Shown piece by piece: positions 1 through 10,454 of a stretch of 64,000 nt of DNA; position 1 is the stretch's first letter; the number at the start of each line of letters is the position of its first letter. The notes under the pieces are model-generated. The model ran no database searches. It was not told the DNA's origin and saw only the letters and a program-made list of their open reading frames with translations. A program made the translations under genes and the position numbers. This DNA comes from Promineifilum sp. (GTDB lineage: Bacteria > Chloroflexota > Anaerolineae > Promineifilales > Promineifilaceae): the NCBI GenBank assembly GCA_035446145.1, contig DAOMSB010000005.1:13879-77878 (forward strand), written 5' to 3'.

Positions 1-135
1 TCCCTCATTGATCTCCTCGCGGCGATTTGAATTGTGCCGCGAGTGATTGGTGAAATATTAACATACTTATCGGTTGCCTGAGTAGGGGATTACGCCCCCT
101 GTCGGGCAATTTGTCGTAAGTTCATGCCCTGATCC

Positions 136-1293
136 CTAGATGAGAACCAGGACCAGCGGGATGATAAATATCGCAAACATGAATAATGCCAGATTGCGGT
201 TCTTTATTGTCACCCAATGGACAAACCGGAGGGAGGCACGTTCATAGCGACGGAATACCGTGAGCAGGATGATGAGTGACGTGATGGCGACGGCCAGCAT
301 CTGGGCCATGACGACTGTGATGGCTGCAGGATTATTGAGCAACACGGCGGCCAGCAAGGTGTCGATGAACGTCGTGATGTTGGCCCCCATGATATAGGGG
401 ATGACATTTTCCCGACGGATAAACCCGCGATGGCTGAGCGGGACCAGGATGCTGAGCGAAACACTCACCGACATCGAGACCAGTGTGACCGCCGCGCCCA
501 ACAGGAACATGATCATCGGCTGATAGACCAAACGCGAAACGCGGCCTACCTGGCTTTCCTTGATGGCCATTTCGGGCAGACATCTGTCAAACAGGTTAAA
601 GGTGATCAGGATAATGCCCATGCCGACGAGGAACAACGCCCACGTTGGCAATATGCTCTGAAAGAACGCGGAGATCGGATCGAAGATCAGATCGGTGATG
701 GCGGTAATTGCCATTCCCTTGCTGATCTGTATCTTGTCGAGAATGCCGGAAGCCAGCATCATGATACCGATGACCAGCGCCCCTGCCTGAAGCGTGCCCG
801 TGACCGTAAATGACAGCAACCCCATGCTGAGGCTGGTCGATCGATTGCGGCCGCGCAGCACATAGATGAAGCCGATGAACAGGATGATGAAGCTGGCGCC
901 CATTCGACTGCCGACGATCATCGTGAAGGTCTGGATTTCGTCGATAATGCCTGCATCCAGGAAGGTGAGGGCCGAGGCGGCGACGGGTGATCCGCTCATG
1001 ACAATATAAGCGAAGAGCCAGCCAAATCCCATGGTATTGGCCGGGCCATCCAGTGAGAATCGATTCTGAACGATCGGCGCCAAGCCGCGAGCGCCATCCT
1101 TCATCAAGGTCAGGGCCAGGATGAACAGGAACAGGCTCACGATGAAGAGGCCGATCTTCGACCACGATATTTTTTGCCACCAGGGCTTGGTTATCTCAAC
1201 TTCTTCAACGAATGACTCTTGCTCCAGCTCTGCCGGCTCTTGTGGCCCGGGCATGGCGACGGTCAGTTCGTTGTCGTTCGTTTCATTCGTCAT
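136..1293 (-). CDS. Na+/phosphate cotransporter family membrane protein
   Basis: Highly hydrophobic 385-aa ORF with two repeated re-entrant motifs (MSGSPVAAS..GSRMGAS; SMSVSVS..IMGANITT) typical of Na/Pi cotransporters. Confidence 0.7.
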   Translation of the reverse strand: MTNETNDNELTVAMPGPQEPAELEQESFVEEVEITKPWWQKISWSKIGLFIVSLFLFILALTLMKDGARGLAPIVQNRFSLDGPANTMGFGWLFAYIVMSGSPVAASALTFLDAGIIDEIQTFTMIVGSRMGASFIILFIGFIYVLRGRNRSTSLSMGLLSFTVTGTLQAGALVIGIMMLASGILDKIQISKGMAITAITDLIFDPISAFFQSILPTWALFLVGMGIILITFNLFDRCLPEMAIKESQVGRVSRLVYQPMIMFLLGAAVTLVSMSVSVSLSILVPLSHRGFIRRENVIPYIMGANITTFIDTLLAAVLLNNPAAITVVMAQMLAVAITSLIILLTVFRRYERASLRFVHWVTIKNRNLALFMFAIFIIPLVLVLI

Positions 1294-1525
1294 TTAGACG
1301 TCCTTACAATAATCAACAACTATCGAATGGTTGCGTGCTCACAATATATAACCTGCTTATCTTGCCCCGGTGAACTTACATTACAACTAACGAACGGCTT
1401 CCATTACCGCAACAGGGCGACGGCATCGTGTCGGGAATCTGTCTGGACGAGGATTCTAGCGCTTGTTGGGGGTTATGCAAGGACGGCCAAGCCGGCAGGT
1501 GCCCTGTCGGTCGGCCTGACAATAC

Positions 1526-1555
1526 AAAAAGGGGCGAGATTGTAGCTCGCCCCTT
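1526..1555 (-). terminator. Intrinsic terminator downstream of DUF2207 gene
   Basis: Stem AAGGGGCGAG/CTCGCCCCTT followed by a T-run on the minus strand. Confidence 0.75.
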
Positions 1556-1629
1556 CATACTTACCCTGTGGGGATTATCGTCGTGTCATGACCCAAGATT
1601 CATCCCTATGGTGTTTGAGTCGGGTTGAA

Positions 1630-3315
1630 TCAGCCCGCGCCACTGGCCCCGCCGCCGGCTGCGGCGGCGCCTGCTGCCCCCGCGGCCGCGGCCCCCGCCG
1701 CCCCGCCCGAATTGGATGCGGCCATGATGACGGCGATAAACGAGGCCATATTGACCGCCTCGTCTACCTCGGCAGCACGGAAGTAGGCCGGAATGCGCGG
1801 GTCATCAGACTCGCCCATCCGTTTGACCCACTGGTTGGCCAATCCGTAGCCGGTGGCGTAGGGCAGATAGGCTTCATAGTAGGTGTTATCCGGCAGGTCG
1901 GTCTTGTTTTTGGACACGTCCTGCAGAAATCGCCGGAAAGGCTCGAAGGTGGTGGCGTACTGGAAACCTTTATCCGACAGTTTGGTATATGACGCGCCGA
2001 AGATCACCGCCAGAAAACCGATGAGGGCAATGGCCCCCATCAGCAGCAGAGGCCACATACCAAAGAGGGAATCGAACAGGGCGCCGGCAATGAGCAGCAC
2101 CGGGGCCAGGATCAGGAGCGCCACTCCCCATCCGATGGCTTTTTTCTGTTTTCCTTTAACGAGTGGGTTTGTTAACCCTTCTTGTTCGGCTTCGTCCTCC
2201 AGCGTGTGCGTGTATCCCTTCCAACGTGAGGACGTGATGAGGTGGCTCATTTTGCCCATGGTGATGGTGTCGTGCGGGACGCCGCTCTTGTCGGTGAAAA
2301 GCAGGTCGAGCAGGGCAGACTCATGCGGTCGTAGCCCATCGGGACGATCCAGCAGCGTCAGACTGAAGTCGGCCGAGCGCAGCAAGGACTTCTCGCGTAT
2401 CTGCTCGATCGTGATGTGGCCGCGCTCTGCCAGATCAAACAGGGTTGCCAGCGCGTGTTGCCAGGATACCGACTGGTTGGCCAAGTATCCGGCCAGCGCG
2501 GGAGGCAGGTCGAGCGGCGGCTTCTGCACATAGGAGTTGGACTTGGGTACGGAACGCATATTATTGCGCGCGGCCTGTATCAGCGCGATGAATCCGCCGG
2601 CCAGAACGGCTATGGAGGCAGTGATCCATATCCAGGCCCGGCTGCTTTGGCCCTCCTGTTGCGCTTGCCAGGCAGGCGGCGCGCCGGTGAAAGCTCCCGG
2701 TGCGAACGACAGGCGCACGACGAGCGGGTCGCCCGGTGACAGGTTTTGCATGTCGAAGATAGCGCGGCCGGATTCGGTGGTGACGGTGGCTTCGCCGGCC
2801 GTGATTTCAGGCTCGCCAATCAGCCGTCCCGACGCGGGAAAGTTGATGGTCAGACGGCTGTTGTCGATCTCATATTCATACTCATCGGGCAAGGCCTGCC
2901 AATTGAGGACGTCGGCCTCTCCCCCGCGTTCGACAACGCCAAGCTGGGTATACGCCAGGGTGAATGTTTGCGACGTGTCGGCGGTCGGGGGCAGATGCCA
3001 CTCTACCCTGATGGGATCGCGGCCGCTGATTTCGACCTCGCCCGGCCCGGTTCCCTGAGGCCAGGCGACGCCATCCACCCCGGCCGTGATGCCGGTGATG
3101 CCGTCGGTGTGGTCGGTGGGTAATTCGCGAAAGACGAAGGAGAAAGGCCCGCCGGTGAAACGGAAAACGACCGTTTCTTCGATGTTGAGCGATCCGTCCG
3201 GCTGCACGGCGACTTCGACGTCGAACCGTTCGGCCCGATAGGTTTTGTCAAGTTGAGCGCCCGTTGTGAAGAATAGAGCGCAGCACAGCAGCCCGAATAA
3301 CCATTTTCGAGTCAT
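1630..3315 (-). CDS. DUF2207 family membrane protein
   Basis: Signal peptide, DGSLNIEETVVFRF..FSFVFR N-domain, PPALAGYL motif, YLPYATGYG motif and Gly/Ala-rich tail ending GGGASGAG; start moved to ATG 3315 after AAGGAGG. Confidence 0.8.
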   Translation of the reverse strand: MTRKWLFGLLCCALFFTTGAQLDKTYRAERFDVEVAVQPDGSLNIEETVVFRFTGGPFSFVFRELPTDHTDGITGITAGVDGVAWPQGTGPGEVEISGRDPIRVEWHLPPTADTSQTFTLAYTQLGVVERGGEADVLNWQALPDEYEYEIDNSRLTINFPASGRLIGEPEITAGEATVTTESGRAIFDMQNLSPGDPLVVRLSFAPGAFTGAPPAWQAQQEGQSSRAWIWITASIAVLAGGFIALIQAARNNMRSVPKSNSYVQKPPLDLPPALAGYLANQSVSWQHALATLFDLAERGHITIEQIREKSLLRSADFSLTLLDRPDGLRPHESALLDLLFTDKSGVPHDTITMGKMSHLITSSRWKGYTHTLEDEAEQEGLTNPLVKGKQKKAIGWGVALLILAPVLLIAGALFDSLFGMWPLLLMGAIALIGFLAVIFGASYTKLSDKGFQYATTFEPFRRFLQDVSKNKTDLPDNTYYEAYLPYATGYGLANQWVKRMGESDDPRIPAYFRAAEVDEAVNMASFIAVIMAASNSGGAAGAAAAGAAGAAAAGGGASGAG

Positions 3316-3393
3316 CGATAACCTCCTTGTTATCTTCATGCCATTCATAACCCTTTACGGTTGCACGAATGATTGGTTGCGCGAAGACGGGCG

Positions 3394-3431
3394 CGACGGG
3401 TTGGGGCCGGGAGGACGCCCGCAACCCGTCG
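3394..3431 (-). terminator. Hairpin after the oxidoreductase cluster (terminator or mRNA stabiliser)
   Basis: Perfect 10-bp stem CGACGGGTTG/CAACCCGTCG with inner GGGC/GCCC; poor U-tract. Confidence 0.4.
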
Positions 3432-3445
3432 TCTGAGGCGGAACA

Positions 3446-5023
3446 TCACGAGTGCAGAAGAGCTCGTGCGGCGTTGTAGCCGGGCGCGCCGGTGATGCCA
3501 CCTCCGGGATGAGCGCCCGCACCGCATAGATAGAGGTTCCTGATCGGCGTCTCGTAGCGGCTCCATTCGGGGATGGGGCGCATTACCAGCATCTGATCCA
3601 GCCCCATTTGTCCGTGGTAGATGCTGCCCTCAGTCAGATGATAATCGCATTCATAGTCCAGGGGTGTGGTCAGGCGTTGATGGACGATTTGCCGGCGAAT
3701 ACCCGGAGCGATTGTCTCCAGGGCGTCTAAAAAGGTCGTTGTCAGGGCCTCGGCCGCAGTGGGCCAACCACCCTCTCGCAGCGCGTAAGGCGCGTATTGC
3801 ATCGTAGCGGTGAGGATGTGGTGGCCGTTTTTTGCTTGTGGGCCGGTGATGAGCGAGCGGTCGCGGATGGTCGGGATGAAGATTTCCAGATAGGGGTGTT
3901 CGGAGCAGCGGCCGTATTTCGAGGCGTCATAGGCGCGCTCCAGATAATCCAGGCTGGGGCTGAGGCGAATACGGCCGCTCAGCTGTTCTTCGTTGGGTTG
4001 CCCCGCGAATGCCGGCAGTCCGTTCACGGCAAGGTTGAGCCGCGCCGTCGTGCCGCGATAGATGATATTGCGCACGCTGCGCATCACATTCGGCTCAAGA
4101 TGTTGCGGCCCGACCATGCCGAATAGCGTGCGCCGCGGGTCGGCGTTGGACATGACGACGCGGGAGCGAATTTCTTCGCCGCTCTCAAGGCGAACGCCGA
4201 CGGCCGCGCCATTCTCAATCAGGATTTGCTCCACACCGGCACCGGTGCGAATCGTTGCATCATGGGCCTTGGCGACAGCGGCCAACGACTCAGACAGCCG
4301 GCCGATCCCGCCGGTGATGAAACGATGATTGAGTAGACCGCCGAGGTTTTGATAGAGGAACATCAGGTTTGTTCCGCCGCTGCGTGGGCCAAGCGCCGTG
4401 CCGGTCACGGCCGAACCACCCAGTGCGCCTTTCAGGGCGTCACTCTCAAACCATTCGTCGAGGTAAGCCTGGACGGCCATCGGCAACACGCGGAACAACT
4501 CCATCATGTCCTCGCCGCCCTGCCGCCTGATTCGCAATGCCAGCGGCCCCCACGACATGAGGTCGCCGCGTTGGAGACCAGCCAGATCGGGCGGCGTCAG
4601 GAGCAGCATTTCGCGCAGCATGCCGGCAAAGCGTTCTACCTGCCGGCGGAATGCGGGCCATTGAGCGGCGTCGCGCGCGCTGAACCTGGTGATTTCGGCT
4701 GCCGTCCGCGCATCGTCACGCCAGATAGTGAGCGCGCGGCCGTCCGGTTGGGGCGCGAAGAGCAAGGCTGGGCCTTCGTGGAACTGCAAGCCATGCTGCT
4801 GCAAATTCAGCCGTTGGATGATCTCCTCTTGCAATAACGAAGCGTCGGCTCCGCCGGTATCCACATGATGGCCGGGAAAAATCTCTTCGGTAGCGGCCGC
4901 TCCGCCGATTACGTCGCGCTTCTCCACCACCAGCACACGCTTGCCGGCCATGGCCAGCGTCGCCGCAGCGACCAGCCCATTGTGCCCCGCGCCGATCACG
5001 ATTGCGTCAAACTTGTCGTTCAT
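3446..5023 (-). CDS. FAD-dependent oxidoreductase, phytoene dehydrogenase/PYROXD2-like (paralog 2)
   Basis: IGAGHNGLVAA FAD motif, C-terminal YLCGAGAHPGGGITGAPGYNAA; start at MNDKFDA (5023). Confidence 0.85.
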   Translation of the reverse strand: MNDKFDAIVIGAGHNGLVAAATLAMAGKRVLVVEKRDVIGGAAATEEIFPGHHVDTGGADASLLQEEIIQRLNLQQHGLQFHEGPALLFAPQPDGRALTIWRDDARTAAEITRFSARDAAQWPAFRRQVERFAGMLREMLLLTPPDLAGLQRGDLMSWGPLALRIRRQGGEDMMELFRVLPMAVQAYLDEWFESDALKGALGGSAVTGTALGPRSGGTNLMFLYQNLGGLLNHRFITGGIGRLSESLAAVAKAHDATIRTGAGVEQILIENGAAVGVRLESGEEIRSRVVMSNADPRRTLFGMVGPQHLEPNVMRSVRNIIYRGTTARLNLAVNGLPAFAGQPNEEQLSGRIRLSPSLDYLERAYDASKYGRCSEHPYLEIFIPTIRDRSLITGPQAKNGHHILTATMQYAPYALREGGWPTAAEALTTTFLDALETIAPGIRRQIVHQRLTTPLDYECDYHLTEGSIYHGQMGLDQMLVMRPIPEWSRYETPIRNLYLCGAGAHPGGGITGAPGYNAARALLHS

Positions 5024-5066
5024 CGAAATTACTCTCTTGCTCCGGAATGCCGGGACAAATGCGATA

Positions 5067-5107
5067 TCTCCTCGCTCCTCTGCCCCCTCGCTCCCTTTCG
5101 CCCTTTC
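5067..5107. repeat. Degenerate 8-mer tandem repeat (GCAGAGGA/GAAAGGG-like on minus strand)
   Basis: ctcctcgc tcctctgc cccctcgc tccctttc gccctttc in the intergenic gap. Confidence 0.5.
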
Positions 5108-5111
5108 ACAA

Positions 5112-6701
5112 TTACCGCGCATCCTTCAACGCTTCCAGCGCGCCCAACCGCCCCGGCGCGCCCATGATGCCGCCGCCGGGATGTGTGCCTGACCCGCATT
5201 GATAGTAGCCCTTGATTGGCGTGCGATACTTGGCATAGCCCGCGGCCGGACGCAGGAAGAACAACTGGGAAAGATTTAGCTCGCCATGGAAGATATTGCC
5301 CTGCGTAATGCCCGTTATCCGCTCCACGTCGACCGGCGTAAGGACCTGCCGATGGAGAATGATGTCCCTGATATCCGGGAAGGCGCGCTCCAGCACATTG
5401 ACGACAGCGTCGCCAAACGCCTCGCGCTTCTCGTCGGTCCACTCGCCATCAGCGAGCTTATAGGGCGCGTATTGCACGAAGCAGGACATGACGTGCTTGC
5501 CGGGCGGGGCCATGTCGGGGTCGATCATCGAGGGGATGATGACGTCCACGTAGGGTTCGCGAGAGAAGTTGCCGTATTTGGCGTCGTCGTAGGCGCGCTC
5601 GATGTAGTCGAGGTTAGGACTCATTGAGATCGCCCCGGCCAGATGGCGGCCGACGCCGGGTCGGCTTGCCAGCTCCGGCGCGCGATCCAGCGCCAGATTG
5701 ACCTTGCCCGACGAGCCAAGCGTCTGGAAGCGGCGCACGGCGCCAACCAGATCGTCGGGCAACTGGTTGGGGTCGACCAATCTGAGGAAGGTCTGCTTCG
5801 GGTCAAGGCTGGACAGCACCAGAGGGGCGTGAATCTCATCACCGTTTTCCAGAACGACGCCAGACGTTCGGCCGCCCTTTGTCAGCACCTGGGCCACACC
5901 GGCATTGCAGCGAATCTCGGCCCCTTGTGCCTCGGCGGCGCGGGCCAATACCTGCGCCAACCCACCGGTGCCGCCTTTGTGGAAGCCCCAGGCGCGGTAA
6001 GCGCCGTCGATCTCGCCCATGTAGTGATGGAGCAACACGTAGGCCGTGCCCGGTGAGCGCGGGCCGAGGAAGGTGCCGATGATGCCGCTGGCCGAGAGGG
6101 TGGCCTTTAGTGGCTCGGACTCGAACCATTGCTCGACGAAATCGGCCGCGCTCATCGTCATCAGCTTGGCCAGCACGTAAAGCTGATCCTGGCTGAGACC
6201 CAGGAAATGACGAGCCATGTCAAGCAGCCCCTTGAGATCTTTGGGGTTAAACGTCGTCGGATCGGGCGGGATGACGCCCAGGATATAGCGCACGGCCTTG
6301 GCCATGAAGTACATGTAGCGGGCGTACTCGTCGTAGGCGTCGGCATCACGCTGTGAGAAGCGGGCAATGTTGCGCAGCGTCTGGTAATGGTCGCCGTCGC
6401 GATAGAGACAATCGCGGCCGTCGTAGGTCGGGGTTAGAGTACTCTCCAGCGGCAGAATCGTCAGCCCATGGGCCGGGAGATTCAGATCGCGGATGATCTC
6501 CGGCCGGAAAAGGCTGACCACGTAGGAGAAGACGGTGAACTTGAAGCCGGGGAAAACTTCTTCAGTGACGGACGCGCCGCCGACCAGATAGCGTTTCTCC
6601 AGCACCAGCGTCTTCTTGCCCGCCCGCGCCAGATAACCTGCGGCGACAAGACCGTTGTGTCCGCCGCCGATGACGATAGCATCGTATTGGTTTGTGTTCA
6701 T
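5112..6701 (-). CDS. FAD-dependent oxidoreductase, phytoene dehydrogenase/PYROXD2-like (paralog 1)
   Basis: IGGGHNGLVAA FAD motif, GTAYVLLHHYMGE, GNIFHGEL, CGSGTHPGGGIMGAPG. Confidence 0.85.
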   Translation of the reverse strand: MNTNQYDAIVIGGGHNGLVAAGYLARAGKKTLVLEKRYLVGGASVTEEVFPGFKFTVFSYVVSLFRPEIIRDLNLPAHGLTILPLESTLTPTYDGRDCLYRDGDHYQTLRNIARFSQRDADAYDEYARYMYFMAKAVRYILGVIPPDPTTFNPKDLKGLLDMARHFLGLSQDQLYVLAKLMTMSAADFVEQWFESEPLKATLSASGIIGTFLGPRSPGTAYVLLHHYMGEIDGAYRAWGFHKGGTGGLAQVLARAAEAQGAEIRCNAGVAQVLTKGGRTSGVVLENGDEIHAPLVLSSLDPKQTFLRLVDPNQLPDDLVGAVRRFQTLGSSGKVNLALDRAPELASRPGVGRHLAGAISMSPNLDYIERAYDDAKYGNFSREPYVDVIIPSMIDPDMAPPGKHVMSCFVQYAPYKLADGEWTDEKREAFGDAVVNVLERAFPDIRDIILHRQVLTPVDVERITGITQGNIFHGELNLSQLFFLRPAAGYAKYRTPIKGYYQCGSGTHPGGGIMGAPGRLGALEALKDAR

Positions 6702-6741
6702 AAAATATGCGTTCCTTGGGTGCAGGGAAGATCGCTTGCCT

Positions 6742-7941
6742 TTAGCTTTTCTTTCGCGGTGGATCGAAGAACGGTGTGGGCACGATGATTGCCGGGCAAA
6801 GCTTGCGTTTGAACTCCACCGTCACCTCGACGTCGACCCGATTACCGATTTGAGCGTGCGGGTTCAGCAGCGTGCCGATGCCGATATATTGCTTCATGAT
6901 GGGGGAGAAGGTGTGGCTGGTGATTTGGCCAATCTGGTGACCTGGATTGCCCGCCTCGTAGACCGGCACGGCTGAACGAGACGCCCGCCCCGCCACGTGT
7001 GGCGGCAGATCTTCTTCGGCAAACAGCTTCTCCAGAGCATTCCAATCGTACTGGATGCCCGCGAAGCCCCAGGTCGATCCCTTTTCGCGTTCGGTCATCA
7101 GCGCTTGGCGCCCGATGAAACCCCCTTTGCTCGGCGACACAGCCCAGCCCAACCCAATTTCATAGGGCGATGACTTCTGGCTCTCGATAACGGCATGGTC
7201 GCTGGAGACGTAATCGACGGCCAGCATGATTAACCCCGCCTCCACGCGGGCGATGTCGAGGGCGATGATGCCCGCGGGCAAGATGCCATGCCTCGCCCCC
7301 CGGTCAACGAGGCAGTCCCACAGCCGTTCAGCGTATTCGGGCTGTACCCATAGCTCATAACCCAAATCGCCTGTGTACCCGGTGCGGGTGACGGTAATGG
7401 GGAAGCCATCGACCGTGCCCTGGGCCAGATGGAAGTATTTCAATTGATCGAAGTCGATGCCGCCAACAACTTCCTTCAGAATCGCCCGGCTGCGCGGTCC
7501 CTGGATGGCCAAAGCGGCCAGATCGGCGGTCACGTTAGTGACGGTGGCATTTAGCCCATAGCCCACGTCCTGAAACCAGCGGCCGCTCGGATCGGCCGAA
7601 GTGATGCGAAAATGGTTTGTGTCCAGCCGGGAGACAGTTCCGTCGTCGATCACCTTGCCGCGCGAATCGCACCACGGCGTGTAGTAGACCTGTCCGACGC
7701 GCTGTCTGGTCACGTCGCGGGTGATGACTCGATCAACTAGTCGCGCCGCGTCGGGGCCGGATACCTCGTATTTGAACAAAGGCGTCACGTCGATCAGCGC
7801 CGCGCTGTTGCGAATGGCGTAATACTCGCGGTCGTGGGACATCTCATAGATGCCCGCCGACAGGAAGCCCGACCAGTTGCGCCATTCGTAGCTGTCGCAG
7901 ACGGCCGACGTCCGGCTATGAAAAGGTGTCGGTAGCGGCAT
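6742..7941 (-). CDS. GcvT-like aminomethyltransferase family (folate-binding) protein
   Basis: TPFH, EYYAIRNSAALIDVTP, GKVIDDGTV, TRTGYTGDLGYEL, ARVEAG, PFFDP motifs. Confidence 0.85.
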   Translation of the reverse strand: MPLPTPFHSRTSAVCDSYEWRNWSGFLSAGIYEMSHDREYYAIRNSAALIDVTPLFKYEVSGPDAARLVDRVITRDVTRQRVGQVYYTPWCDSRGKVIDDGTVSRLDTNHFRITSADPSGRWFQDVGYGLNATVTNVTADLAALAIQGPRSRAILKEVVGGIDFDQLKYFHLAQGTVDGFPITVTRTGYTGDLGYELWVQPEYAERLWDCLVDRGARHGILPAGIIALDIARVEAGLIMLAVDYVSSDHAVIESQKSSPYEIGLGWAVSPSKGGFIGRQALMTEREKGSTWGFAGIQYDWNALEKLFAEEDLPPHVAGRASRSAVPVYEAGNPGHQIGQITSHTFSPIMKQYIGIGTLLNPHAQIGNRVDVEVTVEFKRKLCPAIIVPTPFFDPPRKKS

Positions 7942-7982
7942 ATTCTTTCTCCAATAAGGGCGATCCGCAGATTGTGCGGATG

Positions 7983-8804
7983 TTATAGATGGCTCTGTTT
8001 TTCATCTGTGCCATTTGTGGGTTCTGATTGTTGTCTGTAGCCGAGGCGGTGGGAGATGCGAGCGGCAGCGGTGCGTATCTCCGTGCCAAATTGCGGGATG
8101 CGTTCGGCGGTCATGCGCGTGAGTGTGCCGCCGAGGCTGATCGCAGCCACAGGGAGGCCGTTGGCGTCCAGAAGCGGTGCGCCGACGGCGACGAAGCCCA
8201 ATTCCAGCTCTTCGGCCGCCACGGCGTAGCCGTCATCGCGAATCTTCGCCAGTTGCGCGCGAAGATGAGCGGCTGAGGTGATCGTCTTTTCCGTCAACGA
8301 CGGTAGCGACTCGGACAATAATACTTCCACTTCCCGCATGGGCAGGTGCGCCAGCATCGCTTTACCGGTCGAGGTAGCATGGATTGGCCAGCGGCTGCCG
8401 ATGTGCTGATTGCCGCTGGTCACGTACTCGCCGGGGATTTCTTCGATGGTCACCATCTTGCCGTCATGCATAATTTCCAGGGTGGCCGTCTCGCCCGAAC
8501 GCGTAGCCAGCGCTTCAAGTTCCGGCAAGGCGATGGTGCGCACGGTGTAGGCTCGTTGGGCGCGGCCGCCCAGCGCGATGAGGCCTGAGCCAAGACGATA
8601 GCTGTCGCCGACGGGATCGCGATGGACGTATTCGGCGCTCTCCAGCGCCGTCAGCAGCCGGTAGGCCGTCGTCCGGTTGAGGCCGGTGTGTTCGACCAAA
8701 TCGCTGACGGTCCATGACGGCCGCTCGTCGGTGAAAGCCTCCAGCATGGCCACGGCGCGCCGAACGGATTGTGTGCCGGCCATCGGCTCGGTTGTCGCGC
8801 TCAT
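7983..8804 (-). CDS. IclR family transcriptional regulator
   Basis: QSVRRA..HTH ([12 protein letters not shown]), [27 protein letters not shown]. Confidence 0.92.
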   Translation of the reverse strand: MSATTEPMAGTQSVRRAVAMLEAFTDERPSWTVSDLVEHTGLNRTTAYRLLTALESAEYVHRDPVGDSYRLGSGLIALGGRAQRAYTVRTIALPELEALATRSGETATLEIMHDGKMVTIEEIPGEYVTSGNQHIGSRWPIHATSTGKAMLAHLPMREVEVLLSESLPSLTEKTITSAAHLRAQLAKIRDDGYAVAAEELELGFVAVGAPLLDANGLPVAAISLGGTLTRMTAERIPQFGTEIRTAAARISHRLGYRQQSEPTNGTDEKQSHL

Positions 8805-10318
8805 CGGGCGAACCTCCGGTGACGACGACGATCCCCCTCGCCGGCCGCGTCCCCAGCCTGATGATGCGCGGCGGGGACATCCGGCAGCGGCGCGGGTTCG
8901 CTCATGTCCGACGTGATGATCCGTTCCATTTCGGCCACGATGAGCGGATCGGTTTCCAGCGGTTCATAGGCCGCCAGCCGTCGCTCGACCTCGTCCGTGG
9001 CTCGCTGCATCAAATCCTTGCCGCCGGCCTTGGCCCAGTTCTCCCGATTGTCACGATCGGTGATCGACGAGGGCATATACAGCTCACGCGACCAGTGGGT
9101 CAAAGTATGTTCGGCGGTGATCAGATGTTGTTCGGCCATCAATTCACGAACGAGATCGGTGATCGGCAGATCGCCCACAGGCGCTATTTCACGCACGAAA
9201 TGCAATGCCTGGCCGCACAGATCGTCATCATAGACCAGCTTGGGCAGACTGAAGGTGAGTACGTAATCGAGCATGCCCGGCCCGGAGACGGAGTTGATGC
9301 CCGCCAGCGCCGCCAGCAAGGCGCTGCCGAACGTCTCCGCGCCGGCCTGAGCGTCAAGAAACTTGCTGTCGCTCAGGGCCATGTAGGCCTGCGTGGGCAG
9401 CCCCAGCGCCTTGCCGACGGCTGCATAGGCCACGTCGAGATGTAAGGCCTGGATGCCCAACATGGGCGAAGTGGCGGCTCTCATGTGAAACTCGGCCGGC
9501 GCGCCACCGAAGAGCACCGGTGCGCCCGGCTTGATGATCTGGGCCATAATGATGCCGGCGAGTGTGTCTACGGTATGGAAGATAGTGGCCCCGACAAGCG
9601 AGACCGGCGCGATCAGCCCCATTAGCGTTACCGGCACGATCTCGACCGGGATGCCCCACTCGACACAATCGAGCAGGTTTTGGCAGGAGTCCTCACTATA
9701 GCGGAACATGCCCGTGGCGGTGATGGTGAAGATCGACATCGGCCGCGCGATCAGATCGGCCCGGTCGTGACGGAAAAGCTGCATCATTTCGGCCATGCGG
9801 CCGACGCCATGTTCGGTGAACGCGCCGGAGACGACTGGTTTGCGCGAGTTGGTGAGGCACAGATAGAGTCGCCAGGCGTCGGAGACCACCGCTTCGATGT
9901 CGTTGGTCGAGAAGGCGGTGGCCAAGTAGGCGATGTTATTGAGGCCGTCAGCCAGGCGGACGTACTCGGCAAAGTCGGCCGTGTTCGCCGAGCGCGTCTC
10001 CCCGGTGCGATGGTCGAGCATTTTCAGACCACTGGAAGCCGGGGTAAAGTGGACTTTGTCGCCTCCCAACTCGGCATGGGCGTTGCCGTCACGATCGTAC
10101 AGGGTGAAGGAGTGTGGGGCGGTGGCGAGCGCCTGGTCAATTACGTCGGGCGGGAAGAGGATGCGACCGTCTTTGCCGGCGGGCAGACCGGCAGCCAGCA
10201 GTTGCTGCCGCAGCTCCAGCCCACGCACCTCCATGCCGACCTCGACCAGGACGCGCCGTGATTCAGTCACGATTTGCTCGATCAGTGTGTTGTCCAGAAC
10301 CTGAATGCGCGGCTGCAT
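8801..10318 (-). CDS. Trimethylamine methyltransferase (MttB) family protein, non-pyrrolysine
   Basis: [33 protein letters not shown]...FSLPKLV.DDD, HTLTHW motifs; no in-frame amber codon. Confidence 0.88.
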   Translation of the reverse strand: MQPRIQVLDNTLIEQIVTESRRVLVEVGMEVRGLELRQQLLAAGLPAGKDGRILFPPDVIDQALATAPHSFTLYDRDGNAHAELGGDKVHFTPASSGLKMLDHRTGETRSANTADFAEYVRLADGLNNIAYLATAFSTNDIEAVVSDAWRLYLCLTNSRKPVVSGAFTEHGVGRMAEMMQLFRHDRADLIARPMSIFTITATGMFRYSEDSCQNLLDCVEWGIPVEIVPVTLMGLIAPVSLVGATIFHTVDTLAGIIMAQIIKPGAPVLFGGAPAEFHMRAATSPMLGIQALHLDVAYAAVGKALGLPTQAYMALSDSKFLDAQAGAETFGSALLAALAGINSVSGPGMLDYVLTFSLPKLVYDDDLCGQALHFVREIAPVGDLPITDLVRELMAEQHLITAEHTLTHWSRELYMPSSITDRDNRENWAKAGGKDLMQRATDEVERRLAAYEPLETDPLIVAEMERIITSDMSEPAPLPDVPAAHHQAGDAAGEGDRRRHRRFAR

Positions 10319-10331
10319 GATGCCTCCATCT

Positions 10332-10348
10332 TGTTCACAATGTGAACA
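10332..10348. promoter_or_regulatory. Perfect palindrome TGTTCACA-A-TGTGAACA, likely IclR operator
   Basis: 8-bp inverted repeat between a -10-like TACACT (minus strand, ~10362-10367) and the GGAGG RBS of the mttB-like gene. Confidence 0.7.
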
Positions 10349-10384
10349 TATCGTTCATGGAAGTGTAACGGATTGATGGGGGGA

Positions 10385-10441
10385 TGCAAGGAGAGAAAAG
10401 GGGAAGGGGAGAAAGGGGGAAAGGGAGCAGGGACGGGGGAG
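10385..10441. repeat. Purine-rich degenerate 8-mer tandem repeat
   Basis: ggagagaa aaggggaa ggggagaa agggggaa agggagca gggacggg. Confidence 0.5.
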
Positions 10442-10454
10442 AATTGAGTTGTTG

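Noticed and set aside
8801-10318. Pyrrolysine recoding in the MttB-family gene
   Set aside because: The frame is continuous with no internal TAG and no pyl genes are in the window
10332-10348. Palindrome as a parS site
   Set aside because: Does not match TGTTTCACGTGAAACA; its position fits an operator
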